DNA of 64,000 nt from Strigamia acuminata (Eukaryota). The stretch spans positions 9,300,001-9,364,000 of the forward strand of contig OX442314.1 in NCBI GenBank assembly GCA_949358305.1, in the 5' to 3' direction. Both the position numbers and the translations under genes were made by a program. The notes under the pieces were generated by a model, which was not told where the DNA came from, searched no databases, and saw only the letters and a list, made by a program, of their open reading frames with translations. Positions 23,501 through 34,875 of the stretch are shown one piece after another (the stretch's first letter is position 1; each line of letters opens with the position of its first letter).

Positions 23501-26030
23501 AACCAACGAACCTCTTCCTGAGACTCCGGCAAGCCAGACAGTCCCGGCAGCCACTCCAGAGGAGACGATAAAGTTCCCCGAAGGACTGGTCCCGATCGAG
23601 GGCGTGAAAACAGTTGCCCGGAAATCGAAAACGAAGCCGAAAATCCTGCGGCCCAAGAAAAAGATGGAGCCAAAGCCGTTGCCGCCGATCGATGCGCATC
23701 TGAAGACGTATTATCCGAGCTTGACAATGACCAAGGGGACGAAAGACAAAATTAAGAGATCGAGCGATCATGGTCATTCGCTCTATTTGTGGATGGAGCG
23801 AACTCTCGAAGCGGGTCCGGGCGTCGATTTCATTCAACACCAGCGGTTGTTGCGTGCACACCGTCCCCCGAAGAATCCAACCGAAGCCCAGAGGATCCAT
23901 CACACGAACCAAGGATTAGCCCCTTTCCTCTCGCGTATTTGGATCCATGAACGAATCGGCGCAGCCTACGAACCAGTTGGCGGCCACGACCGGTACTTCA
24001 TAGGGGAATTCGAAGACCCCAGCGATCGCTCGTCACGGCTCACCTCGGCTCCACCGATCGTTAAATCCGCAACTCCGAAGATGGCTAAACCATCCGCAAC
24101 CAAAGAGCTACCTCCACCTCCACCCCCGGATGTTCCCCAGGGATCACCGGAGAAGAAGTAAAAGTGAACTTTAACTTTGAGTTTTCGCAATGTTTGTTGT
24201 TTTATTGTAAATCCCCCAACAACATTGCTGAGGAGGGGACGTGTGGTGACCACGAGGTCACAAAAGTGTTTTAATAATTTATAACTCAATAAATAATGAT
24301 TTTAGTATTCATAATAAAATATTGTCAGATTATTGCGGGAAAACTAGCTATACTAATTTTACCGTTTCTGCGGGACTGACGTGACAACGTCATGAATTTG
24401 CATAATTCTCCGAATTTATGCAAATACGTCATTTCCGGTCCAGCCAGTATTTAAACCCGTGTCTGACCGGAAACCCCCACTTTATAGATACCAGAGCAAC
24501 ATTAGCATCACCACCTCACCGTCAGGCCGTTTTACCGGATTGATAGAGGACCGATGCCCGTTGCCAATTACATCTATAAATCAGAAATCACAGATATTAT
24601 CGTAGCAATACTACGATTGTAATATCTCCCGAAGCGAAGCGTTTGCGAACACGTGTTTCGCCAGACGCCATTACCCTAGACAACAGTAGAAGCCACGTGT
24701 AAGACTGCCGTGCAGCAACAATCGTATCCGACCAACAAGGATCCGAGACCAACCTTAAGTATTATTACTATTGTATTACAAGTGTGAAATAAAAGGTTTA
24801 TTAGTAAGATATTGTGCGTTAAGTTTATTTACCGGAACCAAGGTTACGACACCTGTTTTCCCTGTTTTCATCGTTTTCGCCGTTTTCCCACACCGGATGT
24901 AGACGCATTTGACGTCACATTTCGGAAATCAGTTTTCCTGAAAACCGTTTTCATGAAAACCAGAAAATCGTGGTTTTCGTGGTTTTCAGATAGTTTTCCC
25001 GGGCCGCCATTTTGTATTCGAATAGATCGGCCAATTTTCGGGCGCATTTGCGCGTCGAATGCGGCCAATTTTCGGGCGAATTTGCTCGTCGAATGCGGCC
25101 AATTTTCAGGCGCATTTGCGCGTCGAATGCGGCCATTTTTCGGCCGCATTTGTGCGTCGAATGTGGCCAAATTTTCGGCCGCAATTGCGCGATCGAAAGC
25201 TGCCGGATCTGTGCTCAATGTTGAAAACCGTTTTCATCGTTTTCGGAAAACGATGAAAAACGGTTTTTGAAAACCATTTTAGAGTTGAATGCACCTATTG
25301 TATTAAAAAAAACTGGGTATGTCAACATTGTGGATGCATTTGCAGGTTTGCACTGGGCCAATAATAAGCGGTGGAACGCAAGGCACCTCAATACACACAC
25401 TGCTCCACTTATATCAAGTAAGTTGTTCGTTTACTAACACAACGTTCATGAAAAATTCGAACTTGTTCACTTTTAGGAGTGAACTTGAATGAAGTTCACG
25501 TTCACCATGTTTGATGATGAAAACGTTGCAAAAATGTTAGTTTAAATGTTTAGATGACGCTTTCATCATCAAAACATTCATTTCTAATAAAATAATATTT
25601 TCCCCTGTGCAATTGGAGGTTTGTTTAGTAGACTAATTCATAACGTTATTTATCAGCTTATAACGAGAAAGCAGTTGATGCGATTCGATTACGGAGTAGA
25701 GGAAAATCTTGTCAGATATGGAAGTGTAAACACAATGCTCGTATTGATGGTGGTTAGTTATGTATTCATTTTATTGCTCTTTCGTGATAGAAAATTCCAC
25801 CAATTGCTGATCTAAGTCAAATCACAGTGCCCACATGCCTTGTCCATAGTGCCAACGATCCCGTAGCAAGTCCACTGAATGCTGCATTGCTGGCAAAAAG
25901 AATGAAAACCGCAAAAGTAGTTTTGCTGAAGGATACAATGATTAATCACGTGGATTTTGTTGTTGGAGCATTTGATGATGATATTATGGAGCGAATAAAT
26001 CGCGTAATATCAGAGAACATTCGAACTTAA
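8543..26030 (+). CDS. Acid-lipase-family protein, copy 1 (about 406 aa, 9 exons, one 14.7-kb TE-filled intron)
   Basis: Exons 8543-8686, 8746-8938, 9413-9527, 10089-10239, 10299-10376, 10438-10596, 25346-25417, 25657-25725 and 25791-26030 total 1221 nt in frame. Hydrophobic N-terminus; motifs YPVEVHQITTDDGYILDVHRIP, GYDIWLGN, DTPAMINYIL, RFDYG, ANDP, NHVDF. Confidence 0.85.
10641..11250 (+). repeat. 5' LTR of element B
   Basis: Direct repeat of 24242-24851; about three substitutions seen by eye. Confidence 0.95.
11253..11270 (+). promoter_or_regulatory. Primer-binding site (tRNA-Pro-like) of element B
   Basis: TGGGGGTCTGTCCGGGAT matches the tRNA-Pro PBS TGGGGGCTCGTCCGGGAT at 15 of 18 positions and lies 2 nt after the LTR. 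Confidence 0.8.
11336..13498 (+). pseudogene. gag: gag of element B, truncated by a DNA-transposon insertion at 13499
   Basis: Ty3-type capsid segment (KFDG...LVGEAREWY...WEQFVVAFNTQYG...QQATGEELRAY...FDKGL) after a long disordered N-terminus. The reading frame runs into MITE sequence after EEILH. Confidence 0.85.
14255..16325. mobile_element. Tc1/mariner-type MITE with long TIRs
   Basis: TA|CAGGGTGGAACAAAAGTC ... GACTTTTGTTCCACCCTG|TA with inverted arms of about 300 bp. Same family as 29880-30647 and 58551-58805. Confidence 0.9.
14928..15771. mobile_element. hAT-type foldback MITE, 844 bp
   Basis: TIRs CAGTGTTGGGCAC / GTGCCCAACACTG with an exact 8-bp TSD ATTATCAG (14920-14927 and 15772-15779). 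Long near-perfect internal inverted repeat. Confidence 0.93.
16758..20994 (+). CDS. pol: pol polyprotein of element B (protease, RT, RNase H, integrase); native 5' junction lost
   Basis: LLDSGADRS protease; RLCIDYRPLN, MPFGLVNAP and YLDD RT; TDAS and YSATELECLAI RNase H; H-x6-H...CPRC zinc finger; SVDLMGP / ISDNG / NPVER integrase; GPY motif. No internal stops. Confidence 0.95.
21242..24161 (+). CDS. Third gene of element B, unknown function, predicted two exons (about 899 aa)
   Basis: Exon 21242-21385 (donor AAG|GTAAAA) joins in frame to 21606-24161 (branch CTAAT at 21581, pyrimidine tract, CTCAG acceptor). The 69 codons upstream of the 782-aa track ORF are open. No signal peptide or transmembrane segment is visible. 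Confidence 0.7.
24230..24240 (+). promoter_or_regulatory. Polypurine tract of element B
   Basis: GAGGAGGGGAC immediately before the 3' LTR. Confidence 0.8.
24242..24851 (+). repeat. 3' LTR of element B
   Basis: Direct repeat of 10641-11250, followed by the TSD CCTG. Confidence 0.95.
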
Positions 26031-26776
26031 GCACATTCCACATTTCACGCACAAACATTGGTGATTTGTATTTGCAGTTTATAGTTTCATATCAACAATT
26101 TACGCTGACTGGACAATGATTGTCCGTGCAAAAATTTCCAAAACGTAATTTTACATGCAGATCGCACTTTTCAAGTTCATTTATTGCAAAAACTATATTT
26201 TTCTATGCACAAAAAACATTTTTATCAACATAAAGTTACTCATTTCAGCCAATAAATTCTAAATTTTTCTTCCCGAGTAATGCTTAACTAAACCTTCATT
26301 AAAAATCCATTTGAGATTATGTATTATACACAATGAAATCACTAAGACAATAAGACAAATGTTTAAGCAACTGTTTTACTAAAGATCAAACTGATATGAA
26401 TTAAAAATCTTAATAAAAGAAATAAATTACATACCCGATGAATTTTCTAACATTGATGTATTCACCATTACAACCCTCGAAATTCAATAATGTATAAGCT
26501 TATGACATGGCGGCATTAATTGACTACATTTTACGTACCAGCAATCAAACTCGACTTTCTATCATATCAACCTAAGTTGTATGTCCACGTCATGCTACGT
26601 TCCTGGATTTTCAAAATACGTAACAAGTTCAATTAAAATGAGTCCCGGAATTCAAGTGGCGGAACCTGTTGAATGTCGTTTTGTTTTAAGAATTTGTTTA
26701 TCTAATTTGAATGCACCTACTGTAATGCTTGACTTGTTTTTACCAATTGGTTGTCAGATTATAACAAAGAAGCAAC

Positions 26777-26901
26777 CAGGGCCGTTTCGACCTATGAGGT
26801 GAAGAGGCGGCCTCCAGGTGGCCATGCCTTGTATAAAGTTACTTACCACGGCATGGCCACCTGGCGGCCGCCTCTTCGCCTCATAGGTAGAAACGGCCCT
26901 G
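26777..26901. mobile_element. 125-bp palindromic hAT-type MITE
   Basis: CAGGGCCGTTTC...GAAACGGCCCTG with an exact 8-bp TSD GAAGCAAC. Confidence 0.9.
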
Positions 26902-26957
26902 GAAGCAACTAATTCAGTTTGATTATGACTTAGATGAAAATCTTGTAAGATACGAAA

Positions 26958-27763
26958 TAGAGATGAGAACGTGACCAATTTTTGGGTTCCGTCCCGTCCC
27001 GTGTCCCAAATTATGCCAGTTTTTTCTGTCCCGACCTGTCCCGTGTCCCAAAGTTGGCCAATTTTTCCAGTCCCGACCCGTCCCGTGTTCCAAAGTTGGC
27101 CAATTTTTCCAGTCCCGACCCGTCCCGTGTCCCGAAGTTGGCCAATTTTTCCTGTCCCGACCCCGTCCCGTGTCCCGAAATGTGCCAATTTTTCCAGTCC
27201 CAACCCGTCCCGTGTCCCGAAATGTGTCGTGTCCCGTGCGTATTACGTTAACGACATATGCGCGTACAACGTTAACGACGCAATACAATAAAAATTAAAA
27301 AATTAAAAAATATAATGTAATACAAAAACAACAACAACTAACTCATTATTAAAAGTAAATTACACTGTATGACCAAAATATTGTTGTTTATTTACTTTAT
27401 TTTAGCATTATTAGGCCTAATATTAGGCTTAATACTGATAAGTGATAAATTACAACTGGAATTAAAAAATCGTCCGTGCAGAATGAGATGCGCAGTAAGA
27501 ATTTAGCATCGCGTAATGTAACTTCACCATCACCAAGTTCCGTCCCGTCTTGAATCGCGCATAATGCAAAAAATACCAGTCCCGTCCCATCCCGTATCTT
27601 GCATAATGCAAAAAATACCAGTCCCGTCCCGTCCCGAATCCCGCATAATGCAAAAAATACCAGTCCCGTCCCGTCCCGAATCCAGTGGAAATATAGTTTC
27701 ATCCAGTCCCGTCCCGTCCCGAATCCCGCTGCGGGACCGGTCCCGGTCCCGTTCTCATCCCTA
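26958..27763. mobile_element. hAT-type MITE with GTCCC-rich tandem subterminal repeats
   Basis: TIRs TAGAGATGAGAAC / GTTCTCATCCCTA with an exact 8-bp TSD ATACGAAA. Arrays of 33-bp and 42-bp units. Confidence 0.9.
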
Positions 27764-28034
27764 ATACGAAACTGTAACTACAATGCTTATGTTAGTGTTA
27801 GTGATGGATATGTTAATATGTTTAACTTCCTTCAGATAGGAATTACCACCAACTCCAGATTAAAATAAAATAACAACACTCGCATCACTTGTCTACAGTG
27901 CCAATGATCCATTAGCTACTCCTCTGAATGTTGCGTTGCAGGCAAGAAGCCTGAAATCAGCAGAAGTAGTATTACTGGAAAACACAATGATAAATCATGT
28001 AGATTTCATTGCTGCTGTGTCAGATTATCGACTG

Positions 28035-28571
28035 CAATGACCACAAATCTACAAAGATGGTATTTTAATTGGACATCAATTTCAACAGCCCGCTTCAGAC
28101 ATGATGTGCAGGCCATATGCCCACATTTGTATGCAATGATGCACTAGCGTGTGCTACAAAGCATACAAGTCAATGAGGTCAATTCCTCATGCACCACTAA
28201 ATCAGCAAAGACACCACTGAAGAATGTGATTAGCTCCGATGTCAATGAATGTGTTTCTGCAAGCAACAATTCCACATGCCGTAATTGTTGACTTTCCCTA
28301 ATGGCTTCCCATTCATCGGGTGTCACTGCAATTTCCTCCCACCCTGTTTCTTGCACGACAATCACTTGTGGAAATGCAGCAAGATTTCTTCTAGTTCTCC
28401 TGCGCTGTGGAGGTGGTTCTGTGTTTGTGGCACGAGGTGATCAACGCCTGCATAACCCATGGCGCATGATCGAGGCTGGTTCGACTGGCTTGTTTGGCTT
28501 GTCTTGCACGGGAAGTGGATTTCGTGAGAGCAAGTTACACAAACATTACAGGGCGGAATTGGTTCTGTCAT
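28035..28571 (-). pseudogene. Decayed intronless ORF with a C-terminal RING-HC finger
   Basis: Reading through the stop at 28144 gives LTCMLCSTR*CIIAYKCGHMACTSCLKRAVEIDVQLKYHLCR, which has C3HC4 spacing with one Cys-to-Tyr change. The upstream ORF 28362-28571 is in another frame. Confidence 0.6.
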
Positions 28572-29059
28572 AAAGTCTTTTAAACGTTTCGAGGAAGAAT
28601 TAGTTCCTGAAGAATTAAGTACTTTGTTTATTTTTTATATTAATTTTATTTCACAAAATAAATAAGAAAATCCCGCTGCGGAATTTGGATGGGGCGGAAA
28701 TGGTATATTTCACACGTAATTAGTCATAACTCATAAGAATGATGACCAAAGAAGACTAAAGAAGTTTGATCATGTTTTACCCATCTACACATTGTTAGAT
28801 AAACTGATAAAAGATAACTTGCAATTCATACCACTGCATAAGTGTTGCTACAGCACGAACAAAAACTTGATGATATTTGTGATAAATTTAAATGGTGCAA
28901 TCTTGAATTGTTTCTATTTTATTTTTCATTTGCTTATCAATGCCAAAATCAATAGAATAATTGATGAGCATGTGGTAAACAGAAAATTAAAAATATAATC
29001 TTGTTTTAACCGTCTAAATCGATTAAATTCATTCTCGTCTTACAAACAAATTAGAAACC

Positions 29060-32000
29060 ATGAATGTTCAAATATTGCTCATTTTAAGCTTACTTGCTTT
29101 AAGCAATTGTGAAAACATGACAGAAATTTGCTACGACATCAACCAATTCAAAGGTTTGGCCAACTTAATGAGATTATACACACTTGCAACAGCAAAAACA
29201 GTAAGAATACATTTTTTCCGTTCTTATTCCTTCTTTGAAAACAATTGTTTAATTCTTGCAAGGATAAAATAATTCGATTGAATGGATACCCAGTTGAGAT
29301 TCACGAGGTAAGCACCGACGACGGCTACACCATCGACGTATATAGAATCCCACATGGACTCTCAAATGAACATAAAGTTGCTGCTGCTTCTGTTTTGCTT
29401 CTTCCTGGCTTGAGTTCTTCATCAGCGGCATACGCTTTAATTGATACTGACATCGGTAAGTCCCCTATTACAAATCTTTCAAATGACAAAATATTAAGAC
29501 AAGTAACTTTCAGCTTATGCACTAGCCCTAACCAATGAAAGTTATGACGAGAGAAAATAACATGAACATATGTGTCCATGTTATCTATCCTTGGTTTATG
29601 TTTGTTCACACTTTCTTTGCAGCATACGTGCTAGCGAATGAAGGTTACGATGTTTGGCTGGGAAATTTCCGATGTAGCTTTCAAGATACTCGCCACACGG
29701 AATATTCACAATCAAATTCCAAATTTTGGGATTTCGGGTATTGTTAATCATGTTTCATTTTCTATTAGCGTGTGAAACTGTCCGAAGTTACCGTTTAAGT
29801 TAGATTCAATATTTTATATTTTATGAAATAATTGATTACAAATTATTAGTTATTTATTAGATAAATTGAACACATAATACAGGGTGTTCTAAAAGTATGG
29901 TTCCCTCCAAATATTTCCTGAGCAATTGCATCTAGGCCAACTTTGGTGAAGCGACCGTATAGGAAGTTGGGTGAGAGTAATTCAATGACGTCATCAAATT
30001 TGACCTTCAAGGTCATTTTCAAGGTCATTCACTTGCTAACTTTTAAACCGTTCAAGATACAGCAAAATTTCCAATTGCAAAGTTGTAGAGCACCATCAAA
30101 TTAGTACTATCCAACTTATCTTAGTCATCTTAACTTAAATGTTTTATTTTTAAAAAGGAGTCACATCAGCTAAAATAGCTTAAAGCCTGCAATTGTGACA
30201 AAACTTAAATTTCTACTACAAAAATACTGAATTACTTAAATAAATGTATTCAAATGTGCATTATTATGCAACTAAACAAGAAAAATCACTGCCTTTTTTA
30301 AATGTCTCAATAATTATTTTATCACAAAAATAAAAAATTTCACTTTGCTGATTTTTTTCTGATTTGTCTCCTTTTTAAAAAGAAAACATTTAACTTAAGA
30401 TGACTAAGATCAGTTAGATAGTACTAATTTGATGGTGCTCTACAACTACGTAATTGGAAATTTTGCTCTAACCTGATTGGTTTAGAAGTTAGCAAGTGAA
30501 TGACTTTGAAAATGGCCTTCAAAGTCAAATTTGATGACATCATTAGATTGCTCTCACCCAACTTCCTACACGATCGCTTCATCAAAGTTGGCCTAAATGC
30601 AATTGCTCAAGAAATATTTGAGGGGAACAGACTTTTCTTCCACCCTGTATAGTTAGCCACTTTTCATGGTTAATCAATATGGGGTGCCGTTTGGGCCAAA
30701 AATAAGTCCAAGAAGGTATATTGCAAAATTGAAATATATGGTGATTTCTTTTATGATACAGTCGAAACTCTTTATAACGAATCGCAAGGGACCGGACAAA
30801 TCGATTCGTTATAACGAGAATTCGTTAAAACGAATTAGCTGAAAAAAATAAAATTTCATCATAAACAACATTATTTATTCATAAAATCATGTTAATTTTA
30901 TCCCGATTCTTTAAAAACTGTTGAAATTGTTAAAACGGGACAAATTAAACTCAACTGCTACAATTGGTAGCTTCTTGCCATTGTTAATGGCATTACAAAT
31001 GTTCAACTTGACCTAAATCAAAATTTCTTTTCATTTGGCAGCCATTTTAAAACACAAAATTTTTCATTTTTTCTAAATGTGTTCCTAACATGGGCAGTCA
31101 TGTGATCAGTTTTGAAAATTCGTTATAACGAGGGCTTGTTGGTATTACAGTGTACCTGAAAACCTGTTCGTTATAACGAATAATTTGTTATATCGAAATT
31201 CGTTATAACGAATATATTTAACATGGTGTTCTATGGCTGGCCAACCAAGTCATTTTCAATAATTCGTTATAGCGATAATTCGTTATATCGCGATTCGTTA
31301 TAAAGAGTTTCGACTGTATATAATAATCTTTTTGTGTATAGGATAAAGTTTTTGGAGATGGAATAAAGTTTTTGTGTATGGGATAAAGTTTTTGTGTATG
31401 GGATAAAGTTTTTGTGTATGGGATAAAGTTTTTGTGTATGGGATAAAGTTTTTGTGTGTGGGATAAAGTTTTTGTGTATGGGATAAAGTTTTTGCGTGGG
31501 ATAAAGTTTTTGGAGATGGAATAAAGTTTTTGCATGGGATAAAGTTTTTGGGAATGGGATAAAGTTTTTGGGGATGGAATAAAGTTTTTGTGTATGGGAT
31601 AAAGTTTTTGTGTGTGGGATAAAGTTTTTGTGTATGGGATAAAGTTTTTGCGTGGGATAAAGTTTTTGGAGATGGAATAAAGTTTTTGCATGGGATAAAG
31701 TTTTTGGGAATGGGATAAAGTTTTTGGGGATGGAATAAAGTTTTTGGGGATGGAATAAAGTTTTTGGATATAGGAAAAATCGGATATCGGATACCGGATC
31801 GTATCCGGATCGCCAGTTGCCGACCGCTGATATAGGGTGTCCCAAAATAACGCAAGATTTGAATTTGCCACCATTTGTGCTGTAAATTGTTGACAACCCT
31901 GAAACAACAAATTGACAGCTAAGAGTTTAGGGTTAGGTTTAGGGTTAGTAAAAATGGAGCGTTTCACAACACAACAACGTGTAACAATTCAATTACTACA

Positions 32001-34656
32001 TGAGACATTTCCTGGTCGTGTACTCTCTCGTTTCGGTGATCAGAATTGGCCCCCGAGATCGTGTGATTTAACACCATTAGATTTCTTTTTATGGGGTTAT
32101 TTGAATTCAAAAGTCTATGTCAACAAGCCCACAACCACCCGTGCATTACAATTCTGATCACCGAAACGAGAGAGAACACGACCAGGAAATGTCTCATGCA
32201 GTAATTGAATTGTTACACGTTTTGTATCGTGTAACGCTCCATTTTTGCTAACCCTAAACACGTTGTTGTATTGTGTAACACTCCATTTTCACTAACCCTA
32301 AACCTAACCCTAAACTCTTAGCTGTCAATTTGTTGTTGTTTCAGGGTTGCCAACAATTTACTGCACAAATGGTGGCAAATTCAAATCTTGCGTCAATTTT
32401 GGAACACCCTTTATATTTATTGAGTTTATTTTATTGATTAGGATATCTTCACTTTCATCCAGTAGCAAAGGGTTCTGTAATAATTTTATTACACAACTAA
32501 GGTTAACACTATACTCAAAACCACCACAACGTTGACCTATTTCCGAGCCGAATTACGCTTAACTGTGGACTGTGATCTACTATGCAGAAAAGTAGTTCTG
32601 TGTCAAAGCATCACCTTTGTGTTGGTAATCGATCACAATGTCTGGAGTTCGATTACAATTCTGGTGTTATGGGCTCCTTTTTTGAGCCCCTACACCACTG
32701 ATACGGCTGGATATACTTGTAGGTCAACGTTGTGGTGGTTTCGAGTATAGGTGAACGTGTGTTACAGCATTACAAAATATTCATTTGGTCATTTTTGTAC
32801 AGCTTTTTTACCTATTTTAACATGAGAAGTGCATTCAAACTGTGCAAGTCAATCTTAATGCCAACATTAATGACCACGAATAAAGTAAACAACGCAAAAA
32901 AAGAAAGAAATCGATAACTTGATAAATTACAAAATTAGGAAAAAAATTGAATACTTAAACATTAATTAATTACTTTTCTTTGTCGACGCCGTCTTGTCGA
33001 CCGGGTCAATTTATCAAATTTAGTTGTCGGCAAGTCGACCTGGTCGACAAAACGGCGTCGACAAATTCGACTAAACGACCTCTTGTCTAAAAAAGACCAC
33101 CTAAAATCAATTCTACTTCCATGTATTCCTAGGATAGACGAAATGGCTTTATCTGATACACCAGCAATGATTGAGCATATTTTGCAAACCACCAATCAAA
33201 CACAAATAGCAATCCTTTCTCTGTCTATGTCAACAATAACAACAACATCCATGCTTGCCTTCAAACCAGAACTGGCTAAAAAGGTGTGCAAACTTTAACC
33301 ACCGTCTGCACTCTGTAGTATCTTAATGCCAAATTTAAAACAACAAAGGTCAAAACTTGTTTATTGCACACAAGTTATTAATCTGTCTTGGTGCGCCAGA
33401 AATGGTTTTTTATTTTTAATTTGGCATCAAGATACCAGATGGAGAGTGTAAAAGAGACAAATTCACAATCAAATGTCTTTTTCAGGTATCAAAACATGTA
33501 GCATTAGCACCTGTAGTGCAGCTTGAATACCGAACTTCTCTGTTTCCACATCAGTCCTTAATATGGCTATATAAGAAAACAGGGGTCACCGACAAATTAT
33601 TTTCCACATTCAACAAATTAGCTTTCTATCTGTCACCGCTTGTCTGTTCACCGTTCGCCTTTATGCGGCAATGCCAAGCATTTTACACATCTATTATTGG
33701 CCATAGTCCAGGAAATTACGGAGTTACATATATATTTTTATAACTATTATAAGTAATCATACAAGCATGATTAATTCTTTTATTTGTTCTACTTGCATTT
33801 ACAGTATTGTGCAGGTTTTATGTTAACTACCTTGCTCCGAGGCGCGTCATTTAGAACATATATGCACTTTGACCAGGTAATTGAAAATTAGACGTTTGTT
33901 GCCAAAGATTGTGTCGCCCGGCAGACCTAGGGCAGCCTAGGTTGTGACTCATAACAGGTGTGTCTTAAAGTCACACTTATTTTTTTGCTGTGGAAGCAGC
34001 ACTGAGGAGTTACTGTATGGATATTTTTTTTGCTCATCAGGTATCGTTAACATCAGTAGCGCATTCAAAAATTAAAATATTTTGTGTTTTACTTCAATTT
34101 TAAAACAAAAATGACATCATTTCCTGTCCTATTCATTCAATTAAACTAAATTAATTATTTATTTATATTTATAATTATATAAGCTTATTGGTAGATGACC
34201 ATCTTATCTGCTATTCTCTACAAATGCTTATTCACAAATATGAGTATAAATCTTTGCATTCTCGTTTTCTTAGATTATAACGAAAAAGCAGTTGATGCGA
34301 TTTGATTATGGATTGGACGAAAATCTTCAGAGATATGGAACGGTAAATGAAATGCAATGCAATTACTTCTGCAAATGTCAATTGCTTTGTAATAATTTCC
34401 TTTCATTGGGTAGAAAATGCCACCGATTGCAGATCTAAGTCAGATCACAACGCCCACATGTCTCATCCACAGTGCCAATGATCCAATGGCAACCCCACTT
34501 AATGTCGCAGTGTTGGCAAGTAAAATGAAAACAGTTAAAGTTATATTACTGGAGGACACTATGAACAACCATGCGGATTACGTCATTGCAGCATTAGACG
34601 ATAATATCATGAAGCGTGTAAATCGAGTAATACTAGAGAATATTAGTTTGCCTTAA
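29060..34656 (+). CDS. Acid-lipase-family protein, copy 2 (8 exons)
   Basis: Signal-like MNVQILLILSLLALSNC; motifs GYPVEIHEVSTDDGY, LLPGLSSSS, GYDVWLGNFR, SLSMS, GASFRTYMHFDQ, RFDYG, ANDP, NHADY. Closest to copy 1. Confidence 0.85.
29880..30647. mobile_element. Tc1/mariner-type MITE, same family as 14255-16325
   Basis: TA|CAGGGTG...CACCCTG|TA with long inverted arms. Confidence 0.88.
30759..31316. mobile_element. TA-flanked MITE (pogo/Tc1-like)
   Basis: TIRs CAGTCGAAACTCTTTATAACGAATCGC / GCGATTCGTTATAAAGAGTTTCGACTG. Related fragments near 47097 and 51752. Confidence 0.88.
31329..31770. repeat. 18-20-bp minisatellite (GGGATAAAGTTTTTGTGTAT) with a higher-order repeat
   Basis: About 22 units. 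It adjoins a lone hAT-like end (GTTGCCGACCGCTG, ends 31829). Confidence 0.9.
31833..32411. mobile_element. Internally deleted Tc1/mariner-superfamily element with foldback arms
   Basis: Termini AGGGTGTCCCAAAAT / ATTTTGGAACACCCT. Transposase scraps MERFTTQQRV and WPPRSCDLTPLDFFLWGYL, partly repeated in inverted orientation. Confidence 0.85.
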
Positions 34657-34875
34657 CCTGCGTACTTGTACTTGAAGTGTAGAATTTTTTAATCGCTGTC
34701 TCTCCACATTCCATTTATATTGAATGCACTCCCTCCCTTTAAATCACTTATTTAATTATTGAACAATAAATATAACTATTTCCTATTGATTAAAATCGAT
34801 CTAACTTTGTTGTGACAATACCAAGATTGTTAATTCTTGAGATGCAAAGTGGTTAGATACACTCGATCTAAAACT

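Larger units (their letters stand above)
10641..24851 (+). mobile_element. Full-length Ty3/Gypsy LTR retrotransposon B (gag interrupted)
   Basis: Two 610-bp TG...CA LTRs, 4-bp TSD CCTG (10637-10640 and 24852-24855), PBS, PPT, and domain order gag-PR-RT-RH-IN. Confidence 0.97.
10611..25295. mobile_element. MITE (about 470 bp net) interrupted by Gypsy element B
   Basis: TIRs GGTGCATTCAATTCTAAATGGTTTT (10611) and AAAACCATTTTAGAGTTGAATGCACC (ends 25295), TA on both sides. Internal tandem repeats of about 30 bp at about 25030-25190. Confidence 0.8.
26500..28040 (+). pseudogene. Lipase pseudogene remnants
   Basis: About 26500-26576 translates YDMAALIDYILRTSNQTRLSIIST* (nucleophile exon with a stop). 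About 27840-28040 translates ELPPTPD*NK...YSANDPLATPLNV...MINHVDFI (last exon with a stop). Other exons were not recognised. Confidence 0.8.

Noticed and set aside
21813..24161. Calling ORF3 env
   Set aside because: No signal peptide, fusion peptide or transmembrane anchor is visible.
26754..27868. Repetitive ORFs and a CRISPR-like look of the spaced repeats
   Set aside because: The units are tandem with no unique spacers and lie inside a TSD-flanked MITE. There are no cas genes and the DNA is eukaryotic.
31926..31948. Interstitial telomere
   Set aside because: Only about four imperfect units, and they are part of a transposon arm.
31218..31967. ORFs of 185-249 aa in three frames
   Set aside because: Stop-free translation of a minisatellite.
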